Shown: piece after piece, positions 1-12,900 of the stretch
Layout: every line of letters starts with the position of its first letter
Position numbering within the stretch: position 1 is the stretch's first letter
NCBI GenBank assembly: GCA_051294375.1
Contig: CM119271.1
Coordinates: forward strand, 3,555,488 to 3,619,487
Reading direction: 5' to 3'
Source of the DNA: Paraspadella gotoi
Taxonomy: Eukaryota > Animalia > Chaetognatha
Length of the DNA stretch: 64,000 nucleotides
Made by a program: the position numbers and the translations under genes
Notes under the pieces: model-generated
Databases searched by the model: none
The model's input: only the letters and a program-made list of their open reading frames with translations
What the model was told of the DNA's origin: nothing

Positions 1-138
1 TCCCTCGCAAGAAGGACGAGCCGGGCAAGGGCGGCTTCTGGCGAATCGATCCCAAGTACGCCGACGTCTTGGAACAAGCGACGACCAGGAAACGGCGTAG
101 CACTCGGGAAACGCCCCCGGGACATGATGGAAATCAAG
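1..138 (+). CDS. foxj1: Forkhead box J1, partial internal exon (C-terminal end of the forkhead domain)
   Basis: Frame starting at nt 3 reads [32 protein letters not shown], matching the FoxJ1 forkhead end ([20 protein letters not shown]...KKRR). Donor CAAG|GTGACG at 138/139, phase 1. Confidence 0.9.
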
Positions 139-427
139 GTGACGACGCTATTTTGTGGAATAAATTAAATGTTAACTTTTAAAACGGAATCAGCGAATCG
201 ATTAAATTTTTGTATTTATTGACGACTAATTTAAGAAGCGGCCTCATTTTCAATTTTTTGGTTGATGCAGCATAATTCTTTTTTTTTTGTTTCTCTTAAA
301 CTGCTTTTTTTAACGAGTCGCTTGTTTTACTCCAATATGAAAATTAAATTTTTAATCAACTCCAATAATCTCCAGTTTAAAAAAATAATTGTTAAAATAT
401 TTCTATTTCTCCAATATTCTTTTCCAG

Positions 428-1122
428 GTCCAAACAAAAAAGCAAAGCTCGCTAAAAACCACCACAAAACCGACTCGAAACCTTCCTCCAACCGACAAAA
501 CGAACCAGACGAAGACTACGACGACGACGACGACGCGCTGGACTTTTCCGCCTCGAACGGAATGCACCGCGGCCTCAAGAACGGAGGGCCACTTCTCTCG
601 CAGGCCAACGAGGACGAGGAGGCGGCCGCCTTTCTCAAAAACACCTTCCTGTCGTCGTCGTCGAGGTCGTCGCCCCTCCACTCTGACTCGATTTTCGACG
701 ACGCGGCCTCGCCGCATCGCCAACGCCTCGGCGTCGACGGTTCCACGTCGCCTCTTGACGCCTCTAAGGCGGTGACGGACTCGTTGGAGGCGTGGCTCTT
801 CAACTCGGACGATCTCCTTAACTCGGACGACTTCCTCAACCATCTGGCCAACGTGGACCCGCCGCTTGACTTCGTCTCCGGGGATCCGCTGGACCTGACC
901 ATCAGCGGCGTCTCTCTGGCGAAGCCCGACTGGTGGCGTCAGTTCGAGGAAGACGCGGACGCCGTCGGCGGCGGCGTCGACGACTTACGGACCCCGTCGC
1001 CACTGCTGGCGCCGCCGACTGAAGAAGAGACAGTGGAGCCAAATTTGGAACCGACGAACAGCGGGGAAGAACCCGCGACGAGGACGTCGAACGAAGCCGG
1101 CGATGCAAAATCGGAAATCTAA
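428..1122 (+). CDS. foxj1: Forkhead box J1, last coding exon
   Basis: Acceptor TTCCAG| at 427, phase 1, joins in frame (Q-G-PNKKAK). Acidic low-complexity tail with DPLDLTISGVSLAKPDWW, resembling a motif I recall from invertebrate FoxJ1. Stop TAA at 1120-1122. Confidence 0.85.
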
Positions 1123-3660
1123 CTTGGAAGATGGAATTTAAAAATAGCCTCCCACCGTCATGCAGGATTTTAGAAAAAAGAAGCAAAAGTTGTGTTTAAA
1201 TTCTAGTCCGATAAAACCACAAACTTCACTCGAAAATTTTATAAGCCTTTATTTGGCGATCGCCGTTCATCTAGTCCCATGCTTTTAATTATTCCGTCCA
1301 GTATATTTTTATTTCGATTTAAGGAAAATATTTAATGAGTCATATCTGTTTTTGATGTCAACTAAATTTGCCATTTCCGCCGTATTGCTCTTGCCTCATG
1401 TACTTATTAATTGAAAATACTTCAAATACATGTATTTTTCGATGAAATGAAATAATTTTATAAACATACCGATGACCGATGCCTCTTCACTGCCCAGTAT
1501 TAAAATATAAAAAAGAAAATTTAGGATGAAATGAAACAAATTATACTATAATATGAAATTGGTACAACCAATATAATTTATAGGTTTGTTAAGTGCGAAC
1601 CCGGGCCTGGTCTAAACGAAAGTTCGAAGTAGGATCTTTTATTTTTCATAATTCACTTTTGACGTTTTTGTCGGCTTCTTTCGGTATAAAAAAGAACTTC
1701 TCTAGCAATGAACGTCAGAGGGAATTCAATTAGATTCGAGTAGACTTTACCGAAAGAAACAAAAGACAACGTTAGTTCCAAGGTGACTTTTTCCGGAAGC
1801 TTGCACTTAGTCTATCATGAGGCGAGGTATATTTAAATCATTCTTGTTTGGGAAGGTTCCCAAATCAAACTTCTGACACACCCCATTGACAAAGTTTGGC
1901 TCTAACGAAGGAAATTAAATCAAATTTGAAACGCCAGCTATTCTCGGTCGCTTACTTTACTGTACCAACTAGGAAAAAAGTATATCACATTTTTATTAAA
2001 AAATCAAAATATTTCCGAATTTACATTGAATTTTTTTCAGTTGTTAGAAGTTAAAAGCAAAAAAATATTGCTACTTCAAATAAAAAATGAAACAAAAATT
2101 ATATTTAATTTTTTATTATTTTTAATATTTAATTATTTTTATTTTGAATAAAGTTAGTAATTTTTTTAAAAAAATTTGATAATGTTAAAGGCATTGCGCT
2201 TCTTTTTGATTTAAAAAAGTGTCTTTATAGCTCTCAGAAAAGAAGGAAAAACGCATAACATTAACATCGGGGTTAAAAAGATTAGCGTTAAAAGTGTGGA
2301 AAAACATTTTACTATCATACCTCAATTCATTGTATGAGAGCATGCCCAGATAAATGTAAGTAATAATTAATGCTGAAGGAAGGTATACTAAATATTAAGA
2401 ATGTTTTACCTATATTTTATATATTTTTTATTGAATAAATGAACCTTTCAACAATTATGTGATATACTTTTTTCCTAAATAGTATGTCTAGCTGAAAAAT
2501 AATCAGCAGGGCAAGGTTATTGACCTTAGACGCGAAAAGTATCTGAGTGAGTTCAAAAGATTCGCATTCAAAATGCAATATATTATATTCAACTTCAATC
2601 TAACACACATCAATATATATCAATGTAAACAACATTTCCACTGATATTTTTTTTAAAATCAAGAACACATTCGATCATAGCGTTGCTTTGTACATTGCTT
2701 TAAATGTTCGTCTACTGATCTATTAAATTAAATTTACACTTTACACGATCATTATGAACACGATTCGTAGCAAGTTTCAAGCTCCTTTTTTGAGGTATAA
2801 TTTCTCTTGAAATTTTCAGACTCTAATTTACTCTACACGCAATGTTACTACAATCGTGATAAAAATTATCATTCATTTTTTTTTTCAGACCGAGAGGCGG
2901 TTTTAAGGAAAAAAAAAAGAAATCTATAATTTTTTAAAAGATTCTTGGCGACACATTTAGAGAGAAAATAGAATAAGTTCGCAGCAGACACCGAAAAACA
3001 GCGAAATTAGATACTATGAAAAAATTAAAGCGATTTGTTGCCATGCCGATTTTTTTTTGTTTATTCGAAGTTCGAACGGAAACATTAAAAGCAAACTAGA
3101 TTAATGTCTGATAATTGCGTAAAGGTCACTCTGTAGTTAAAAAAAAAAAAAAGTCGCTGGAAAAAACCAGAAAATGCACAATGAGTTTCGAACTTGATGA
3201 AAAATTGCGGATATAAATTTTTCTCTTTCTTTTGAGATTTAAACGAATAAAATGCGTTCTGTTTCGCCTGAATAAGAAGTGATTAAATGAAATAAAAAGT
3301 AATAGCGTTACATAGCTTGGAAGATTTTTTTTTTTTGGAATGCTATTTTTTTTTGCGAGAAAAAAAATATAATATAAGATTAAGACTAGTTTTAACTATG
3401 ACTTGTCTTCCGCTCTCTCCATGCTCTAAACCCGTTTTTTTTTCTTTTTTTTTGGATGCAAGCTTGAAAGAGAAAAAAAAATCCAACTTTTTCTTCTTTT
3501 TAACGCGTACGGATTATGTCGCTTGTATAATATTTACTTCTTTTTTTTCGCATAGTTGAAAAAATAAAAGAAACATGAACTTTATGATAAAGAATATATC
3601 TAGATCTCACGGAATTTAAAAAAAGAAAGAAGAAAAAAAAAAAAAAACAAACAAAAAAAA

Positions 3661-3988
3661 CTAGACCGACGCACGAGCACAGATTTTTTTTTTTAGGGGG
3701 TCGTAATAGAAAAGAGAGGAAGAGATTGGTGAAGGGGGTTGAAAGTAGGGCGGCGAAGGTGGAGGAGAAGATGAAGGGCGTGGAGGGAGGAGGGCGGGAA
3801 GGGCGAAATGAAGAGAACGAAGACGGCGTTGCCTCGTGGAGAGGGGGGGGGGTGGGGGCGGGAGTGCGGGTAGAGGGGGGGGAAAGAAGTTGACGTCACC
3901 TATAGTCGATAGTTTCTCCCGAAGTTCACGCGACGCTTCCTTCGAAGTCGAGATGAAAAAGAAACAATATTTTTTCCTAATCGTCCAA

Positions 3989-4023
<35 letters not shown>

Positions 4024-5219
4024 AGCAGTCCTCGTTCTTCGACGCAGAAAGTTCCTTCCGGTCCGACTTTCCGGCCCGAACGTCATCGGCCGTCTTCGGC
4101 GACGGCGACTCCTCCAGGCGTCGATGCGCGAAAAACGGCGTCGACGGGTCGTCGTTTGCGCCGATTTTCCGAGGGGCGTGGCGCCGTCGCTTCCACGCGT
4201 TTCTACGCAATTGAAGAGCTCGACTTCGCCGCTACGGGGCGCGGACGCCGAACAACACCGTGGAAAGCCTCGTCGTGCAGGCGAGTGACGGTCCGGAGTA
4301 GGAGATTCGAATTTACAAAGATCGAAATTATTCCATCCGATCTCAATAAATCCGGACGACCAGAGCTCGGGCCGAGAAGTTCCAAACTTTTCTGTGACGG
4401 CCCTCTGACGGTCGAGGAAGGAATAATGACTTTGTGCCTGGACGCTGGGAAGAGGAGATGGAATTCGTCGCTGCGACGACGACGACGACGACGACGACGA
4501 ACAAAGCGGGAGCAGAATTGGACGAGGCGGTCGCGGAGACGACGAAGACACGACGTTTTCTCTTATCCCTCTTTTTATCCGCCAGAGGGCCAAGGAGATT
4601 CTTCGATCCCTGCGGCGACGGTAGCGTCGCAGCGGCGGCGACGAAGCGGACGCTGCTTCCGTTGGAATTTCGCTTCTCGCCATGGCGTCGTTTTCGCTTC
4701 TCGTCCGCTGTTCGCCGCCGTCGCTTCTCGTTTTTTCCGCTGCCCACGAGGTTCTCCCGCGTTTTTTCATCAACGTTGATATCGTCGTCGTCGTCGTCGT
4801 CGTCGACGCTGGCGTAGGAGGAAGAAGTTCGATCCTGGGAAGACGCGATCTTCGTATCGACGCTCGATGAGTTCGTCGGGATCGTTTGTGCAAATGACGA
4901 CGTCGTCTGCTCCGTCGCTTTTGTTGCTCGTTCGATTTCGGTCGTGGTCGTCGTCGCTTTCTTCGCTGCTGCATCGGCGGAAGTGGATACTGATGGAGCT
5001 GTTGTCGGCAAGGGTCGTCGCTGTCGTCGGAGTCGTTAACCAGGTTCGCGTTCGTTTTCTTCGCGAATTCTTTGTCGTTGTTGTCGTCGTCGTCCACGAA
5101 GAGGAGGAAGGGAATCCGGCGGAGGAAGTTGACGAGGAAATAGAAGACGACGACGAGGATGGAGAAGGTGGAAGGGAGGAGATGAGGAGCCGAGGAGGAG
5201 GCGGAGGGAGTCGCGGAGT
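3661..5219 (-). CDS. NALCN auxiliary factor (FAM155/NLF-1/Mid1 family), last exon: TM helix plus long low-complexity tail
   Basis: Acceptor CATCCAG| at 5220-5222, phase 1. Reads DSATPSASSSAPHLLPSTFSILVVVFYFLVNFLRRIPFLLFV (hydrophobic helix), then continues into ORF 3661..5097 to a TAG stop. Confidence 0.65.
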
Positions 5220-5507
5220 CTGGATGTGAATCGTGAAAAAAAGATAAAAGATTATTTAAATGATTACTTTTTAAATAATATGTATGCAGGAATCAATATT
5301 TAATGAACGAATGAATTAATGAGAGAAGGGATGCGTGAATTATTGAATTGAATTGACCAACGACAAGGTTTTTACACGTTATAGATAAATAAATAAATGA
5401 ATAAAGAATGTATATGTATAATGTTGATGCTTTCCCAGGTGAACGAAAGAATGGAAATGAATTAAATCAATTAATTAATATTTAAATAAATTAAAGGAGA
5501 ATTTTAC

Positions 5508-5705
5508 CGAAGCCGGTGAATTTGGATCTAACTATGGCGGTGTTCAATGGTTGTCGCTGCGCCTCGTCGTCGTCGTCGTCGTCGTAATCGTCGTCGTCGT
5601 AATCGTCGTCGTGGTCGTCGCGATAAGGGCCCAAGGCGGCGGTCGTCGATTCGGTCGTCAGGTACATCTCCGCGATGGCTTGGGGGCTGAAAGCCCTTTG
5701 GGGAT
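5508..5705 (-). CDS. NALF/FAM155-family exon (acidic linker)
   Basis: TCTTCCAG|...|GTAAAA, phase 1/1, 198 nt: DPQRAFSPQAIAEMYLTTESTTAALGPYRDDHDDDY...KFTGF. Phases fit both neighbouring exons. Confidence 0.75.
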
Positions 5706-5840
5706 CTGGAAGATGAGGAGCGAGGGAAAGGGGTCGTTTAAGCACATGTTCGAGCGAGGGATTAGGACGTTCTAATTGGGATTTAGGCTAGAAACGACGC
5801 GACGATATGAATTATTAGGTCAATAAATACTGTAATGCTG

Positions 5841-6008
5841 TAAACAAGTGGGAAGGAGTTTGATTGAAAGCTCGCAGGGACCTGCTATGTCATTATCTTG
5901 TAAGAGTGATGGAGGCCTTAAACCACCAAAGCCTGTCCAAAGTCAGGGGCAAGATAGCTTATTTATTAAATGAATGGATAATTTTTATATTGGTTGTACC
6001 AATTTCAT
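5841..6008. mobile_element. Copy of an unclassified ~170-220 bp interspersed repeat
   Basis: Reverse complement aligns with 20800-21017 and 45759-45971 (shared core GATAATGACATAGCAGGTCCCTG, end ATGAAATTGGTACAACCAATAT). Confidence 0.8.
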
Positions 6009-6046
6009 TACAACCAAATACAATATAAACGTTGCAGTCGACTTAC

Positions 6047-6138
6047 CTCCGTAGTTTCGGTCGTCCTCCGCGGCGGGGCGCTCGGGTAGGGAGCAGTTAT
6101 CCAGTCTCGCCCTCGGAACGTAGTAGCAAGATTCGTCT
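6047..6138 (-). CDS. NALF/FAM155-family exon (92 nt, absent from the ORF track)
   Basis: TTTTCAG|...|GTAAGT, phase 2/1: RDESCYYVPRARLDNCSLPERPAAEDDRNYG. Needed to reconcile the phases of the exons on either side. Confidence 0.8.
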
Positions 6139-6243
6139 CTGAAAAAAAAAAGTTTCAAAGGGTCGCGGGGTGTTGGAGGGTGGTTGTTATTGTGGAGTCT
6201 AAAGCGGTTGAGTGGAGATCGTTAAATGAGGGAAAAGGTAAAA

Positions 6244-6405
6244 GGGAAGGCTTAAAATTTTAGTTAAAATGAAGCTTTCTTGAGTATTTTTAGTTGCGAG
6301 AAATCTGCATGTTGGTTGCCTGGACGAGGAATTTTTTTGTGGTTGATCAATATCATCCTTATTATCCTTATTTAGAATATAGGCTGTTTGTTTAGTATAA
6401 GCCAT
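6244..6405 (-). pseudogene. Histone H3 N-terminal-tail-like fragment in a NALF intron
   Basis: MAYTKQTA vs H3 MARTKQTA. Later LATKNTQESFILTKILSLP vs H3 LATKAARKSAPATGGVKKP. No histone fold follows. Confidence 0.4.
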
Positions 6406-7227
6406 TGTTTCACTCTGAAATAATTTTGGAACTGTTTTTCAATATGTGCCGAAAGTCGGTGAAAAACCAAAATCTTTTGCGATAAAAATTAATATAAAAA
6501 ATATTTTAGTAAGTTTTTAGTGGCTAACTTTGTTTCAATTTGATCTTCATCGCAAAAGAAAAAAAATATTCATGTTTTCTCAAAGCGCTGTAAAGTAAAA
6601 CATGCGTTAAGAAATTAAGAAAAAAAATTAAGCCAGGTAGTTTGGGTGGTTCTTAAAATTATTCAAATAAACTGTCGCCTAAATTGTACATTCATGCAAG
6701 TGTAGATTCGAAAATAACTCGTAATATTTATTGAAGATGCCGTTTATATTTTAGAATCTTTATGAAAACATCTCCTTCAAGTAAGTTCAAGTATATATAC
6801 ATCTTCATGACATATCGTAAAAGTTTTATCATTCAATGAGCCAACCTTTTCGTTTTGGGTTTATTCCAAAATCTCGAACATACACAAAACTCCCGGCTAC
6901 AGTAAAAAAAAAAACGAGTGTCGGAAACAAACAAAAAAAAACAAACATTTGTTCTTTACATTATGTCAGGAAAGTTACGATTTGTAACAACATTTAATAA
7001 TTTTCATGATCCTACCAATTGCATTAACCTTTGCATTTAGAAGAAAATTTGAGTGGCGAACCTTTAGTAAATCTCCCACGACCCCGTAACTCATCCGCTC
7101 ACTATATCTTCATTACGACGCCATCTTCCACTGCTTCTCTCGCCCATACTCACTCACTTCTCGACCCCCTCCTTCCGACCCTCTAGACCATCCCCCCCAA
7201 CCCCCCGTCCACTCCTCACCATCTCAC

Positions 7228-7432
7228 CTCTCGTCTTCGACGCATTTGAGGTGACATTTCCGGTAGCAGTGATCTGGGACGTCGTAGTCATCTTTCCCCT
7301 TGGTGACGCAGCCTTCCGGCGTCGCGCCCGTCGTCGGCGGCGGCGTCGGCTGCGGCGTCGGCTGCGTTGACGGCGCGGAGACGTCGATGCCGCGGAGGAG
7401 CGCGTCCCTCGGCGCTTGATCGAGGGTCGGGT
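7228..7432 (-). CDS. NALF/FAM155-family exon (Pro/Thr linker plus Cys-rich segment)
   Basis: AAACAG|...AG|GTGAGA, phase 1/2: DPTLDQAPRD...GCVTKGKDDYDVPDHCYRKCHLKCVEDE. Confidence 0.8.
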
Positions 7433-8055
7433 CTGTTTTGTTTTTTTTTTCGAAAGGGAATCGTAAAAAAAATCTCTCGTTCCTTTTCTTTTTAGGTATC
7501 TTTTTTTTTCCTGGTTTTTTTTTACACATTTACCTTACTTTCATACTCGATATATGTACTATATTTTTACTGCTTAATCTTTTTAGGTAATTTTGTTTAT
7601 TTCCTCTCTTATTTTTTTACTAAATTGCTTACTTAATTTTCCCCCCCTTTTCTTCATTTTATCCTTTTCTTTTTTGCTTGCACGTTAACCACGTTCTTCC
7701 TTCTCCTTATCGCTTTTCTTTCCTCTTCCCCTTTTTTTTTTCCTTTTCTCCTTTTCTCCGGTTTTCATTCTCCTTTTTTTTTTTCTCTTTCAATTTTTTC
7801 CCCTCGCTCCAGTTTGAGACCTGTCATCCGTACGGAGAAAAAAAAAACGCGTCGTTTATCTTAGCGACGATGGTTTTTTGTTTGTTTGTTTGTCTAGTTC
7901 ATTCGTGGCTTTGTTTAATTTAATAATATTTTCGATCTGTATCCTTGATTAAATATAGAAAAGCGGTGTCAATATATAACCAATTCGAAGTAAAAACTAT
8001 TTTCGAAGTTTACAGTTGCTACGTAACTTTTGCAGTCTTCGTTTCCTCTCCTTAC

Positions 8056-8221
8056 CCGTGCAGAGAAACATGGGCTGTCCGGCGAACTGTATAGACTGTT
8101 GTGGATGCAGATAAGGGCATCTCTGAAGGACGACTTCGCAAAAAGCCAGACAGGGTTTGACTCGGCGCCTCTCTTGGAAGAAGGGCACCGTCGTCGCGCA
8201 CAGCCAATCCTTGTAGGCGGC
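8056..8221 (-). CDS. NALCN channel auxiliary factor (FAM155/NLF-1/Mid1) conserved cysteine-rich-domain exon
   Basis: CACACAG|...G|GTAAGG. AAYKDWLCATTVPFFQERRRVKPCLAFCEVVLQRCPYLHPQQSIQFAGQPMFLCT matches the family pattern YKxWLC...PC...C..V..RCP...P......G...F.CT. Confidence 0.88.
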
Positions 8222-8695
8222 CTGTGTGGAGAGGAATAAAAGAATGACTCGGTTAAACATATACATATTATACATATACATAACATATTATACATATTTT
8301 CCATTTGCTTTTTTTTTAAGGTTTCGTTGTTGCCCGTTGTGGTTGCTATTCTATTGTTTTTAACTAGTCTCGACCATTGCGCTCTCTATGTGGGTTTGAT
8401 ATTAATAAATGCTAATATGCAATTATGCCGTGATATATATTATCGATAATTATAAAATAAGTAATACTAATGAGAAATGCAACCGTCACTTGCGCGCGAG
8501 TATGCGTTGTATTTTTTCAAGGGGAATGAGAAAAAAATAAATGAGAAAAGAAAAAAAGCATAAAAATGGCGAAACCTAATCGAGTCTCGATATTTTTTTT
8601 CTTAGGAAGAAATTTGATTGTTCTTTTTTTTTTATACCCGCACAGTGACGTCACCGGCGACGCGTTGACACGAAGGCAGAGAGAGAGAGAGAGAA

Positions 8696-8736
<41 letters not shown>

Positions 8737-8816
8737 AGGGGGGAAATGCAAAAAATGGAATGTGACTCTCCGAACGGCTATAAACTGGAGAAGTTACAAA
8801 ATCGATAACATTTGCT

Positions 8817-8898
<82 letters not shown>

Positions 8899-9065
8899 TC
8901 CGCGCGCTAATCGTTTTCCCCGCTGTCAGGTTGAAACGTTAACAAATAGCGAAAAGGATATCCGGTCGAGGCCAGTGCTTATCCCCGGAGACAGTCCTTG
9001 AGCCTTACACTTCTCGGAATCGTGCCACCTCGGCCCCCGATTTATGGAGAGAGAAAGAAGGAGAG

Positions 9066-9154
<89 letters not shown>

Positions 9155-9261
9155 GGGGGGGCAAACAAAGTCGGCGACTCAACTCTAATCCCAGGTTTTT
9201 TGTGGTGAGATTTTTTTTCTGCTTCTTGAGTTGTTCGATCAACGTTGCCAGTCAATCAGAC

Positions 9262-9322
<61 letters not shown>

Positions 9323-9934
9323 CTCTTTCAGCAATTTCCTGCTGTCTTCTTTTCCGCTGGGTATTGATGATGTCAAAGGTCGCGTTGTTGCTTCTCCACT
9401 TCCTCGATTTTTTCATGCGTTGGATTTTTAATGAGGCCGACGTCAAAACGATCGCTAACAAACAAACTATTTTTTAAATTTTAATGGTCATTTTTCAATT
9501 TAATACTGAGTGGAGTAGAAGTTAGAATATCATGAAGTTTGTAAACAACACGATGACGTCCTAAGTCTAAACTGCGCGACCAAAAGCCGCCATTTTCAAA
9601 CGCGCAATATAAAAGAAAAGCAAGACCTACATTTTCTTTTCCCCCAAGATTTCGAAAAAACACGAAATTTGGTATGAAGCGTATCTTTATCTCTCTCTCT
9701 CTCTGTCTTTTTCCCCGTTTTTTTTCTCTCTCTCTGTCTCTTTCCCTGCTTTTCTCTTCCCGGATCGAGACCTTCTCTTTTTCAATACATCTCGATTTTG
9801 ATTTGATTTTTTTTTACATTTATAAGAAAACTTCTTGGAGGAAGATCCGGCAATTCTGTCCGGGACGACACGCCATCCGGGATCTCTCTCTCTCTCTCTC
9901 TCTCTCTCTNNNNNNNNNNNNNNNNNNNNNNNNN

Positions 9935-12900
9935 AATACATGTATTTCGATTGAAATGAAATAATTTTATAAACATACGCCGATGCCTCTTTCACTGCCC
10001 AGTATTAAAATATAAAAAAGAAAATTTAGGATGAAATGAAACAATTATTACTTAATAATGAAATTGTACAACCAATAAATTTATAGGTTGTTAAGTGCGA
10101 ACCGGGCCTGGTCAGAAGTTCGAAGTAGGTTTTTATTTTCATTCACTTTTGACGTTTTTTGTACGGCTTCTTTTCGGTATAAAAAAGAACTTCTCTAGCA
10201 ATGAACGTCAGAGGGAATTCAATAGATTCGAGTAGACTTTACCGAAAGAAACAAAAGACAACGTATGTTCCAAGGTGACTTTTCCGGAAGCTTGCACTTA
10301 GTCTATATGAGGCGAGGTATATTTAAATCATTCTTGTTTGGGAAGGTTCCAAATCATTAACCTGACTTGACAAGTTTGTTCTAACGAAGAGAAATTAAAT
10401 CAAATTTGAACGCCAGCTATTTGGTCGCTTTTTGTACCAAGTTAGGAATATATATTTTATTTTATAAAATATTTCCGAATTTACATTGAATTTTTTTCAG
10501 TTGTTAGAAGTTAAAAAAGCAAAATATTGAGCTTACTTCAATTGAAACAAAAATTATATTTAAATTTTTTATTTATTTTTAATATTATTATTTTATTTAT
10601 GTAGTTAATAATTTAAATTTTAAAAAATTTGATAATGTTAAAGGCATTGCGCTTTTTTTTGATTTAAAAAAAGTGTCTTTATAGCTCTCTAGAAAAGAAG
10701 GAAAAACGCATAACATTAACATCGGGTTAAAAAAGATTAGCGTTAAAAGTGTGGAAAAACATTTTCTATCATCAATACCTCAATTCATTGTTATGAGACA
10801 TGCCCAGATAAATGTAAGTAATAATTAATGCTGAAGGAAGGCATACTAAATATTAAGAATGTTTTACCTATATTTAATATATTTTTTATTGAATAAATGA
10901 GAACCTTTCAACAATTATGTGAATATACTGTTTTTCTAAATAGTATGTCTAGCTGAAAAATAATCAGCAGGGCAAGGTTATTGACCTAGACGCGAAAAGT
11001 ATCTGAGTGAGTTCAAAAGATTCGCATTTCAAAATGCAATATATTATATTCAACTCAATCTAACACACATCAATATATATCATGTAAAAACACAATTTCC
11101 ACTGAATATTTTTTTTTAAAAATCAAGAACACATTCGATCATAGCGTTGCTTTGTACATTGCTTTAAATGTTCGTCTACTGATACTATTAATTAATTTAC
11201 ACTTTACACGATCATTATGAACACGATTCGTAGCAAGTTTCAAGCTCCTTTTTTGAGGTATAATTTTCTCTTGAAATTTTCAGACTCTAATTTACTCTAC
11301 ACGCAATGTTACTACAAATCGTGATAAAAATTATCATTCATTTTTTTTTCAGACCGAGAGGCGGTTTTAAGGAAAAAAAAAAGAAATCTATAATTTTTTA
11401 AAAGATTCTTGGCGACACATTTAGAGAGAAAATAGAATAAGTTCGCAGCAGACACCGAAAAACAGCGAAATTAAGATACTATGAAAAAATTAAAGCGATT
11501 TGTTGCCATGCCCAGATTTTTTTTTGTTTATTCGAAGTTCGAACGGAAACATTAAAAGCAAACTAGATTAATGTCTGATAATTGCGTAAAGGTCACTCTG
11601 TAGTTAAAAAAAAAAAAAAGTCGCTGGAAAAAACCAGAAAATGCACAAATGAGTTTTCGAACTTGATGAAAAATTGCGGATATAAATTTTTCTCTTTCTT
11701 TTGAGATTTAAACGAATAAAATGCGTTCTGTTTCGCCTGAATAAGAAGTGATTAAATGAAATAAAAAGTAATAAGCGTTACATAGCTTGGAAGATTTTTT
11801 TTTTTGGAATGCTATTTTTTTTTGCGAGAAAAAAAAATATAATATAAGATTAAGACTAGTTTAACTATGACTTGTCTTCCGCTCTCTCCATGCTCTAAAC
11901 CCGTTTTTTTTTCTTTTTTTTTGGATGCAAGCTTGAAAGAGAAAAAAAAATCCAACTTTTTCTTCTTTTAACGCGTACGGATTATGTCGCTTGTATAATA
12001 TTTACTTCTTTTTTTTCGCATAGTTGAAAAAATAAAAGAAACATGAACTTTATGATAAAGAATATATCTAGATCTCACGGAATTTAAAAAAAAGAAAGAA
12101 GAAAAAAAAAAACAAACAAAAAAAACTAGACCGACGCACGAGCACAGATTTTTTTTTTTTAGGGGGTCGTAATAGAAAAGAGAGGAGAAGAAGATTGGTT
12201 GTGTATAGGGGGTTGAAAGTAGGTGTCGGCGAAGTGGGTGAGGAGAAGATGAAGGGCGTGGAGGAGGAGGGCGGGAAGGGCGAATATGAAGAGAACGAAG
12301 ACGCGTTGCCTCGTGGAGAGGGGGGGGTGGTGGGGGCGGGAGTGCGGGTAGAGGGGGGGGGAAAGAAGTTGACGTCACCTATTCGTCGATAGTTTCTCCC
12401 CGAAGTTCACGCGACGCTTCCTTCGAAGTCGAGATGAAAAGAAACAATATTTTTAATACATCCACAGTCGTCGTCGTTCGTGGTCGTGCGTCGTCGTCGT
12501 CCGTCGTCGTAGCAGTCCTCGTTCTCGACGCAGAAAGTTCTTCCGGTCCGAGTTGGAACTCTTATCCGGCCGAATGCCATCATCGGTCCGGCTCGGCGAC
12601 GGCGACTCCTCCAGTGCGTCGATGCGCGAAAAAACGGCGTCGACGGGTCGTCGTTTGCGCCGATTTTCCGAGGGGCGTGGGCGCCGTCGCTTCCACGCGT
12701 TTCTACGCAATTGAAAGCTCGACTTCGCCGCTACGGGGCGCGGACGCCGAACAACACCGTGGAAAGCCTCGTCGTGCAGCGAAGTGACGGTCCGGAGTAG
12801 GAGATTCGAATTTACAAAGATCGAAATTTATTCCCATCCGATCTCAATAAATCCGGACGACCAGAGCTCGGGCCGAGAAGTTCCAAACTTTTCTGTGACG

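Larger units (their letters stand above)
1425..9909. repeat. 8.5-kb block, copy 1 (clean copy) of an apparent tandem duplication
   Basis: Sequence from AATACATGTATTT (1425) to the (CT)n at 9909 recurs colinearly from 9935. Confidence 0.95.

Noticed and set aside
262-427. N-terminal part of ORF 262..1122
   Set aside because: AT-rich intron sequence read through in frame; the real exon starts at the acceptor at 428.
3836-5229. Many overlapping ORFs on both strands
   Set aside because: Stop-poor (CGA/GTC)n sequence; only the minus frame ending at 3661 is linked by splice phase.
8926-9040. Minus-strand peptide WHDSEKCKA as the missing upstream NALF exon
   Set aside because: No GT donor after CK, no YS/C..C motif, and no clean acceptor.
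8566-9995. RERERE/LSLSLS ORFs here and throughout the window
   Set aside because: Translations of (GA)n/(CT)n microsatellites.
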